Source: an uncultured Fibrobacter sp.
GTDB taxonomy: Bacteria > Fibrobacterota > Fibrobacteria > Fibrobacterales > Fibrobacteraceae
Reading direction: 5' to 3'
Length of the DNA: 64,000 nucleotides
Assembly (NCBI GenBank): GCA_947165045.1
Contig: CAMUYW010000003.1
Location: 17,185 to 81,184, forward strand
Every line of letters begins with the position of its first letter. The first letter of the stretch is position 1. The notes under the pieces are model-generated. The model saw only the letters and a list, made by a program, of their open reading frames with translations, searched no databases and had not been told where the DNA came from. Made by a program: the position numbers and the translations under genes. Positions 56,750-64,000 of the stretch are shown piece after piece.

Positions 56750-56934
56750 TCTAAGTATATTCTCTCAAAAGATAAAATAGATTATTTATGTAAAAAAGTT
56801 TTGTGGTTGATGCTTTTTTGTTCTCAAAAAATGCTCAATTTTTTTGTTTTTTTTCTTCCGCTGTAGTATATAGACTTTTTGTTCCGATGATTTATTAATT
56901 ATGTATAATAATTTTTACAAAATTTAAATTGTTC

Positions 56935-56963
56935 AAAAAAAAAGACCATCACGTGGATGGTCC
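56935..56963 (-). terminator. Intrinsic terminator of GH9-3
   Basis: Minus strand GACCATC-CACGT-GATGGTC followed by T9. Confidence 0.8.
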
Positions 56964-56969
56964 TTGATT

Positions 56970-59900
56970 TTACTTCTTTCTTTTGAAACCGAAGGTCTTT
57001 GTCTTGTTGTCGGTAGCCCGCACTGCGGTCGAGCCGACTTCGGAGCAGGTCGCCTTGTAGTCGTTGTTTGAGGCATCGAACCTTGTCGCGCAGGACGATT
57101 CCGCGGTGAAGTCGAACTTAGCGATGTAGGCGCCGGTGCCGATCTTGTTGCCCTTCTTGGCGACCGGGGCCTCGTTGTCCTTGGCGATCCATTCCACGTT
57201 CAGCTTGAGTGTGCCGTTGTCGATGAGGTTGCGGAACGTGGAGAAATTCTCCTTCGGTATGTCGAGCCTGTATGTATTGATGTACTGCCCGAGATTGTCG
57301 TAGAGGTCCGCGACGATTTTAAGGCGGAAGTTGTACATGTTCTGGCCGTCGCGGGTGAGGAAGCTTGCCTGCGGCATCGTTACCTCGACTTCGAAGTTCG
57401 GGCCCGAGCTCGAGTATGCGGCGGAATCGACCTGGCCGAGTACGGTCCCGTCACCGCCGATGAAGTAGTGCTTCCCGCCGATAACGGCCGATGTCACGAA
57501 CGCGTCGTTGCCTGCCGTTTCCGGGCGGCCGAAGTAGGCGCCGGCCTTGGGCGTTGCCACCGGATCGGTCAGCGTCACGGCGAAGTGGATGTTGTCGTCG
57601 CCCGTGATGCGGACGTAGGGGTTTGCTGCCGTGGGAACGTTGTTGCTCTGGTCGATGTAGGCGGAACCCAGTTCCTGCGGGACGAGGCGGACGCGGTCGC
57701 CGGCATGGAACACGTTGTCCTTCTCGTTATAGGTGAAGAGGTAGGACCTGCCGCTGCCTTGCGGGATTTCCGACGGGATGTAGGCGTCGCGTTCGCGCTG
57801 GATGTGCTTGCCCGTGGTGAGCATGGTTACCGGTTCGGACAGGGAGACCGTGAGCATGCCGCTCTTGATCATGCGTGCCGAGGAAATGACCGGTGCGCAC
57901 TTGTCGTACAGCGTGAAGTTCGTCTCGAAGAAGCCGTTAGCGAGGCCCTTCTGCGGCGAGACCGTTCCGTTGCCGTCGTTTTCGCCGCTCGTGGAGCCGT
58001 ACGGGTAGGCGTGTGTTGCCGGGATGGTGATTTCGACGATGCTGAACGTGTCGACGACAACTCCCGTGTTGACCGAGTCAAGCATGATCGTGCGCGGTGC
58101 CGACATGGTATCGCGTATGGTCCAGTAGGATTCCTTCGGGACGATGACGCCGCCGGTTGTGTCTGCCGTAGTGATGAAGCTGCGCGTGATGCCCGGGTTG
58201 CCCCAGACGGTAACGATGCTGTCGAAGACGTCCTTCGGCTTGAGCTTCTTTTCGAACATGACGTAGACCATGTCCGGGACGCCGTCGCCTTCCTTGTCGA
58301 TCATTTCGGCATGGTAGACCGGTACCGGGCGGGAGATGAGCGTTACGGGCACGCTCGGCTTGCAGCCTGACGGGTCGACGGGGTTCAGGTTCTGGTCGGT
58401 AATCGAGTATCCGCCGGCGGTCCTTGCGCTAGCCAGTGCGCCGAGCGGGACGAGCGAGTTGTTCGTGTTGCCGCTGATGATCAGCTGCCAGCTCTTGCCG
58501 CCGTTGGTCGTTGTAGCCGCGCTGACGAGTGTCGGTACGCCTGCGGCGCCTGCAATCACGAGCGGCCATTCGGTCAGCGACGAGAGGATGACCGGTTCCG
58601 AGAACGCGACCATGACCGTGTCGATACCGCTGTTGTCGTTGTCCGATTTCTCGAGGATGGCTACACTTTCGAGTGTCGGCGGGATGCCGTCGGAGATCTT
58701 TACGGTCTCGGCGTTTGCAGTCCCCTTGTCGGTGACGTATGTCGTGATCTTTCCGGACGGGCTTGCGCTTGTCTGTATGCGGCTCGTGTCGATGGCGATG
58801 ACGACTTCGTCCTTGTCGGCGTAGTTGGCTGCGACGAGCGGTACCTTGACCGTGTCTGTCATGCCTTCGATGAAGTAGCGGATGCTGTCGAGCGTGTAGC
58901 CTTCGGCAAGCTTGTTCGTGAACTTTATCCTCAGCTGGTCAGCCTTGTTGTCGCAGTTGCTGTCCTCGGCGAGGACTGTTTGCGGAGACGGAATCTTGGT
59001 TTCAGCGAAGAAGGAATACTTGGAGATATCTTCTTCGTCATCCGGGTCGGTGTAGGTGACCACGATCGTATCGCCGGCGAAGAACGAGATTTCGGAAGTC
59101 TGGTCTCTGGAATCCTTGCTGTGGTTGACTGCTGTAATCGGGCCACCGACAAAGTGTCCGGGGTTGTTGGCGTCAGCCTTCAATGTGACCTTGAGGATGT
59201 CGTTCTTTTTGTTGTTCTGGACTAGAACTTCGACAGTTTGCGTTTTTGTTTTCTTCTTGTCTTCATCCTTCAAATCAATAATGAATGTAGTTCCGTCTGG
59301 ATTTGCAGGGCTTATGACAGCTTTTCCTGTTGTCGCGTCCTTGAGAACCAAGATTGAAGCCGTTGCATCACCCTTAGAAAAATCAACATAGAAGGTTCTG
59401 TTTTCGAATGCGCAGCCGCCATTTTCTGTGCATGCATCGCATGTCGGGTCAGGGCCTGAAAAAATCGTTACATCGATCTTGTTGCTGCCAATTGCCATCT
59501 TGACTGGAATGTCGAGTACCCATTCGTCTTTCGGAATATCGTACTTGGCGACAACATCCGTTCCTGCTACGTTCAAGATCCATCTGTCGGTTCCTTCAGC
59601 AAAAGCATCGCCGCTCACTTTGACGCCATTTGCCCATACTTTTGTCACATAACCGCCTTCGGTTATCTTTACTCTACCCTTGACGTGTACAATGCTGCTC
59701 GTCTGGTCTATTTCGATATGGGAACCGTCAGATACGTTGAACGGTGCGTCTAGTCTAAGGTCCATTCTGTAGTTAGCCCTCTTGGTTTCCATTTCTTTCT
59801 TGGATGGGCTGATTCCCCAGATGAACTGGTCTTTACGGTAAACGGCAATATAAGGATCTATAGGAACGTTGGCATCCACATCGCCGTAATTTTTATCTTC

Positions 59901-62900
59901 GACAGGCATACCATCATAATCGGCGCCATCTTCCAGATAACTGTGCGGGCGCCAAGACCAGTCGCCAGAGTTTTTGTTGAAACGTTTCTTGCCGGGCTGA
60001 CGTAATGTTTCGCAGGTCTTGTAGCCGTCGTTCGAAATACCATAAGAGAAGCCAAAGTCTACGCGTAGGCGTGATTGGGATTTGATAACGGTAGAGCCAA
60101 GTGGGGCCGGAAAGTAGTAAGAATATTTACCTGTAGCAGGATCATAAGTGTCATCTAAACGAACTGGCAATGCAGATTTCATCAAATCTCTGAGTTCGCG
60201 GTCGTTTTCGCACGGAACGCTAAAACCACCTTCATCATAAGCAAAGCAAATGTCCGAGTCAATCAATGTGGCGCATCTGTCAACTTCTTCAGGCAATGCG
60301 GTAAAGTAAAGGCGAAGTGTCAAACTGTCGAAAGGTCTAGCTTCGTTGTTGTAAATGTTCAGGTTCAAGAAGTCCATGTTGTCAAATTCGTATTGGTAAC
60401 CGCGAACGCTAAAGTCATACCACGTTACAGGAGTCTTGAATTTTAGGAGTTCACCCTTGTCGCTGAGATTGACTATGACTCCATTGCTTTCGACCATGTA
60501 GTAGTAGGTTGTGCTTTCTTTGAGTCCACCAATTTTTACGTAGTGGAATTGGGTCGGAATGCCAGAAACGTCTGCGTTCCCGCTTCCTGAATTGAACGCA
60601 AATTCGCTTGCATTGGCATGCGGTATGGTGTCCCAGTAAACTTTGGATTCGTATTCTCCATTTGGAGTGTACCACATGAATTCGGCACTATCTGCCGTGA
60701 CGTTACAGACGGTAATATTTGTGATGTTGGCATCTTCGAGTGACGGTTGTGTCGTGAAAGTGAATGGCGTTTGAGTGCTGTCTTTGGCGTATTTGTCTTT
60801 GGTGTTGCTTGGGTTGTAAGCGTTAGCTGCAGTGACGTAGAAGTAGTAAGTTGTAGCCGGCTGCAAATCGCGCAGAATGATTGTATGCTGAACGCCTGCG
60901 GTACTGTCTGTGGCTTTCATATTGTAAACGCCTTCCGTTGTGCCGTAGGAGATGGTTGCTGTACCGCGCTGGGTGAGGTTGACCATTATGATGGCTGAAT
61001 CTAATCCAGCATAGCGAATTTCTACGTTGATGTCTGGTGCTACAGTCTTATCAATTTTTATTGAGGCTAGGCTGACGGTACTTACGAATGTCGCTGCTGC
61101 GTCGATGCAGATTTCGGACATTTCATAGTATTCCCAGGAAAGCTTTTGCGGTTGGTTCATCTTTTTGTTCGGTGGAACAGCTCCATAAAGAGCTCCGACA
61201 GGGACGTAGTATTTGTAGTCACCGCCGGGAACGTTTTTGCCTTCGGGGTTTGCGGCGCGGTGGTGCGGATGAGCGTCATTCTTATCGCCGATGCCCATGA
61301 CGAAGGAAATATCCCACGGGTTTACACCAAGCAAGTAGTTTAATTGATTGATGCCGAATTGTTTTGCATCGGCAGCTTTCCAGTTTGGGGTTCCCATAAT
61401 TGGAAGTTCAAGTCCTTTCTTTTCGATATCCGCTGCTACATCGGCATAGGCGAGAACTTCAAAAATATCTCCAGCACGGTAACGGTTGTAAATCCATTCC
61501 TGGTCGGTATGCATCGTGTACCAGATTTTGTCATAAACAACGGAACTTTGTTTCCAAATGTTTGGTACGTTCGGGAACTGGAATGTTTCGCTAATACCTT
61601 CATCATAGCGCATATCGCCCAAGTTTACAATCATATTGGCGATACAGTCTTCAACGGAATTAAGCCATTCTGTTTCTGTAAGACCGTATTCAGTAATAGC
61701 TTTATTCTTATCGGCAAGAATTAATTTGTACAAGGCGTAAAGGGCGTAAGAATAGGAGTTTGCCCAGCTTGTGTTCTTGGTATTTTTCAAGAAAGCTTGA
61801 TTTTCCGTGACAAACCATCCTCCTTCAAAAAAGCCGGGGCCACCATTCTGGGAAATAACTTGCTCTTTGAACATGTTCTTGTTACGGATCATGTCATCGG
61901 CGTATTCTTTTTTGCCTGTGGCGTAGAGAAGGCCTACGGAAGCGATAGCCATGTCGTCAACAAATTCGTTGTTTCCGCCATATGCAGGAGATGATTTTGC
62001 CAAACGATATGGTTTGCCTAATGAATCTACATGATGGACAAATGGCTTTCCTCCGTCGTAAGAATCTTTCCCTTGAGCTAAAGACTTTGCAAATTCGTAG
62101 ATTTTTTCGGCAACCATGATGCAGCTATCCGCAAAACTTTTGTATTCGGGAAAATAGTCCCTATACATTTTGCCAATAAAGGCAAGGCCAGCTGCGGTTT
62201 CACCACCGACGTTTGCGCCCACTTCTCCTAGACGGACAGGTCTTGATGCTGGACCACCACGATCTTTTGCAATGTTGGAATTGTCTACCGGCAAATTATC
62301 GTGGTTTTCCGGAAGTCCCCACCAAGCATGGTCTGTACCGCTATTTCCTATAGAAAGCGCCATGTCGTCAATAACGCCTTTGGCGCGAACATAGGAACGG
62401 AGTACAAAGTCTGCACCATGTTTTGCTTCGCGGAGCATGTCCGGGATGCCGTCTTTAACAGAGGTAATGCTTTGCTTGAATGCATAATGGTCTGCATCTA
62501 CATCAAAATTGGCAGCGGCCATTAAAGCCATAACCATGAAAGCGTACATTTGCGTTTGCGATTCTTTCAAATGGTCGCCGCAGTCGTAGTAACCGCCTTC
62601 AAGCGTTCCCGCCAAGGCTGGATCAAAATATCCACGCCCCGCATCTAATGGTCCTTCTAGAACTTGACCGCCACCATCTTTTGTATGGCTCATCTTTCGA
62701 TTGCGGAACCAAGAATCGGAATGACCGCTGCGGTTGATGCCGTAGAATTTGAGTACGGCATCTTTCACCATGGAATAGACTTTTTCGGAGACGATGAATG
62801 TGCTCGAAATATCATTGCCGACTTTGATTCGGAGGCGAGTCTCGGTTGGAACTCCTTGCGGGATGTTACCGACCATGAGTTTCCCGGACGGGCCGGATGT

Positions 62901-63389
62901 AGATACCATATAGCGCTTTTGGTCTCCTGTTGTTGCGTTTGTTCCAGCAACAATTGTCCATTCCGAAGATGTTGTGGTGCCCGAAGGATTTAGTGTTCCG
63001 GTAACTGCCGGACTAAGAGATTTGCCATTAATATCGACAACTTCAAAGGATGTCTCGTTGCCTACGTAATAGAACTGTCGTTCTGGATCGCTTTCCAAAT
63101 AACCCGCTTGGTTCACGCGGATTGGGGATATTTTGACGTTCATTGCGTCCAAATACGCTTGGTCAAGAGAATCTGGAATTATGGCGTTGGGGGCGTATTC
63201 ATCGGGCGTTAATTTTTTCGGCAACACGTTGTGTTTTTTGGTAATGACTTTCGATGTGTCGAAATTATTGAATACGGTGCTGTCCCAAGTTAAAGGGAAC
63301 ACAGGCCGAAGCAATTCATAAGGAGTGGGGTCTTGTGCCATTGCTGTAGTTGCAGCGCACAATGCCAACAGGTACTTCTTTATGCTCAC
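56970..63389 (-). CDS. Giant multidomain GH9 glycoside hydrolase (GH9-3), paralog of GH9-2
   Basis: GTG start after AAGGAGA; IRVNQAGY; LEGGYYDCGDHLKE; YLLGVNPWDISF; HPHHRA; EYYEMSEICID. Confidence 0.9.
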   Translation of the reverse strand: MSIKKYLLALCAATTAMAQDPTPYELLRPVFPLTWDSTVFNNFDTSKVITKKHNVLPKKLTPDEYAPNAIIPDSLDQAYLDAMNVKISPIRVNQAGYLESDPERQFYYVGNETSFEVVDINGKSLSPAVTGTLNPSGTTTSSEWTIVAGTNATTGDQKRYMVSTSGPSGKLMVGNIPQGVPTETRLRIKVGNDISSTFIVSEKVYSMVKDAVLKFYGINRSGHSDSWFRNRKMSHTKDGGGQVLEGPLDAGRGYFDPALAGTLEGGYYDCGDHLKESQTQMYAFMVMALMAAANFDVDADHYAFKQSITSVKDGIPDMLREAKHGADFVLRSYVRAKGVIDDMALSIGNSGTDHAWWGLPENHDNLPVDNSNIAKDRGGPASRPVRLGEVGANVGGETAAGLAFIGKMYRDYFPEYKSFADSCIMVAEKIYEFAKSLAQGKDSYDGGKPFVHHVDSLGKPYRLAKSSPAYGGNNEFVDDMAIASVGLLYATGKKEYADDMIRNKNMFKEQVISQNGGPGFFEGGWFVTENQAFLKNTKNTSWANSYSYALYALYKLILADKNKAITEYGLTETEWLNSVEDCIANMIVNLGDMRYDEGISETFQFPNVPNIWKQSSVVYDKIWYTMHTDQEWIYNRYRAGDIFEVLAYADVAADIEKKGLELPIMGTPNWKAADAKQFGINQLNYLLGVNPWDISFVMGIGDKNDAHPHHRAANPEGKNVPGGDYKYYVPVGALYGAVPPNKKMNQPQKLSWEYYEMSEICIDAAATFVSTVSLASIKIDKTVAPDINVEIRYAGLDSAIIMVNLTQRGTATISYGTTEGVYNMKATDSTAGVQHTIILRDLQPATTYYFYVTAANAYNPSNTKDKYAKDSTQTPFTFTTQPSLEDANITNITVCNVTADSAEFMWYTPNGEYESKVYWDTIPHANASEFAFNSGSGNADVSGIPTQFHYVKIGGLKESTTYYYMVESNGVIVNLSDKGELLKFKTPVTWYDFSVRGYQYEFDNMDFLNLNIYNNEARPFDSLTLRLYFTALPEEVDRCATLIDSDICFAYDEGGFSVPCENDRELRDLMKSALPVRLDDTYDPATGKYSYYFPAPLGSTVIKSQSRLRVDFGFSYGISNDGYKTCETLRQPGKKRFNKNSGDWSWRPHSYLEDGADYDGMPVEDKNYGDVDANVPIDPYIAVYRKDQFIWGISPSKKEMETKRANYRMDLRLDAPFNVSDGSHIEIDQTSSIVHVKGRVKITEGGYVTKVWANGVKVSGDAFAEGTDRWILNVAGTDVVAKYDIPKDEWVLDIPVKMAIGSNKIDVTIFSGPDPTCDACTENGGCAFENRTFYVDFSKGDATASILVLKDATTGKAVISPANPDGTTFIIDLKDEDKKKTKTQTVEVLVQNNKKNDILKVTLKADANNPGHFVGGPITAVNHSKDSRDQTSEISFFAGDTIVVTYTDPDDEEDISKYSFFAETKIPSPQTVLAEDSNCDNKADQLRIKFTNKLAEGYTLDSIRYFIEGMTDTVKVPLVAANYADKDEVVIAIDTSRIQTSASPSGKITTYVTDKGTANAETVKISDGIPPTLESVAILEKSDNDNSGIDTVMVAFSEPVILSSLTEWPLVIAGAAGVPTLVSAATTTNGGKSWQLIISGNTNNSLVPLGALASARTAGGYSITDQNLNPVDPSGCKPSVPVTLISRPVPVYHAEMIDKEGDGVPDMVYVMFEKKLKPKDVFDSIVTVWGNPGITRSFITTADTTGGVIVPKESYWTIRDTMSAPRTIMLDSVNTGVVVDTFSIVEITIPATHAYPYGSTSGENDGNGTVSPQKGLANGFFETNFTLYDKCAPVISSARMIKSGMLTVSLSEPVTMLTTGKHIQRERDAYIPSEIPQGSGRSYLFTYNEKDNVFHAGDRVRLVPQELGSAYIDQSNNVPTAANPYVRITGDDNIHFAVTLTDPVATPKAGAYFGRPETAGNDAFVTSAVIGGKHYFIGGDGTVLGQVDSAAYSSSGPNFEVEVTMPQASFLTRDGQNMYNFRLKIVADLYDNLGQYINTYRLDIPKENFSTFRNLIDNGTLKLNVEWIAKDNEAPVAKKGNKIGTGAYIAKFDFTAESSCATRFDASNNDYKATCSEVGSTAVRATDNKTKTFGFKRKK
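56983..59207. repeat. 2.2-kb direct repeat, copy B (3' third of GH9-3)
   Basis: Identical to 50324-52548. Confidence 0.92.
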
Positions 63390-63412
63390 TTTGTCTCCTT
63401 TTTTGTACAGTC

Positions 63413-63437
63413 AAAAAAAGGCAAAATAAATTTTGCC
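63413..63437 (-). promoter_or_regulatory. Terminator-like hairpin plus U-tract in the GH9-3 5' leader (possible attenuator)
   Basis: Minus strand GGCAAAAT-TT-ATTTTGCC-TTTTTTT, at the same position relative to the RBS as in GH9-2. Confidence 0.55.
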
Positions 63438-63547
63438 CCCAAACATCTTCTCTCAGAAAATGAAAATAAATTATTTACGTGTAAAAGTTTTAGAATAAAA
63501 TTTTTTCTGTTCTCAATCTGTACCCGAAAATTGCAAAATTTTGGGTC

Positions 63548-63575
63548 AAAAAAAAGACCGCCTTGCGAGCGGTCC
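63548..63575 (-). terminator. Intrinsic terminator of the upstream Ala-rich gene
   Basis: Minus strand GACCGC-TCGCAAG-GCGGTC followed by T8. Confidence 0.75.
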
Positions 63576-63608
63576 TTAAATCTGTGGTAAAGCGATTAAA
63601 AGCGCTTA

Positions 63609-64000
63609 TTAGTCCCCAGTGAAGATGATAACGAGGACAGATGCGATGAATGCTGCGGAAACTGCGATGAATTCCCACGGATTGTCCATGACGGCAGACT
63701 TTGCTGTGCCGCTGGTTTCGTTTTCGACTTTCTTCACTTCTTCTTCAGCCTTTGCCTGGGCTTCTGCTTCGGCGGCCTTCTTTTCTTCTTCGGCCTTGGC
63801 GAGAGCAGCGGAGTCAACCGGTGCTTCGGCAGCCTTGGTTTCGAGAACTTCAGTGGCTTCAGCGGCCTGAGCCTGTGCTTCAGCAGCTTGAGTCTGGACT
63901 GCGGCCTGAGCGGAATCAGCTACGCCCTGAACCTGTGCCTGAGCGTTTGCTGCTGCGTCAGTTGCTTGCGTTTGAGCGGCTGCAGCGGTGTTTTCTGCGG
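63609..64000 (-). CDS. 3' end of an Ala/Gln/Glu-rich protein with a C-terminal hydrophobic helix (partial; starts beyond the window)
   Basis: Minus frame open to the window edge, ending ...KSAVMDNPWEFIAVSAAFIASVLVIIFTGD*; followed by a terminator. Confidence 0.75.
   Translation of the reverse strand, partial: AENTAAAAQTQATDAAANAQAQVQGVADSAQAAVQTQAAEAQAQAAEATEVLETKAAEAPVDSAALAKAEEEKKAAEAEAQAKAEEEVKKVENETSGTAKSAVMDNPWEFIAVSAAFIASVLVIIFTGD

Noticed and set aside
50324-59207. Identical repeats as a diversity-generating retroelement (TR/VR) or invertible shufflon
   Set aside because: No adenine-specific mismatches, reverse transcriptase or recombinase; the repeats are direct and much longer than TR/VR pairs.

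Overview
Bacterial chromosomal window, most consistent with a Fibrobacter (F. succinogenes-like) cellulolytic rumen organism; this is inferred from protein families and style, not from a marker gene. It carries housekeeping genes (yciH/SUI1, nfo, two tRNA-Asn, an nfeD-floA operon, tsaC/sua5, priA, gmk, tkt, nrdR, an RlmI/K-like methyltransferase), a hybrid sensor kinase, a surface-glycosylation gene cluster and several giant secreted proteins. The main feature is a ~23-kb minus-strand locus: three ~2000-aa GH9 glycoside hydrolases (GH9 head, FN3-like modules, a cryptic CBM3-like module, an Ig-like stalk and a shared basic C-terminal domain) followed directly by a multi-TM histidine kinase, a single-domain response regulator and an atypical sigma54 activator. 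Two of the GH9 genes share a 2.2-kb nucleotide-identical, GC-rich 3' block and a conserved terminator-like hairpin in their 5' leaders. Other signals: one C-terminal sorting-like domain on five surface proteins, dense D-(S/T)-hydrophobic sequons, several apparently leaderless genes, GTCA-tagged REP palindromes, and a palindromic operator in front of a HIRAN-like gene. No CRISPR array, integrase or transposase was seen. All calls are by eye, with no database searches.
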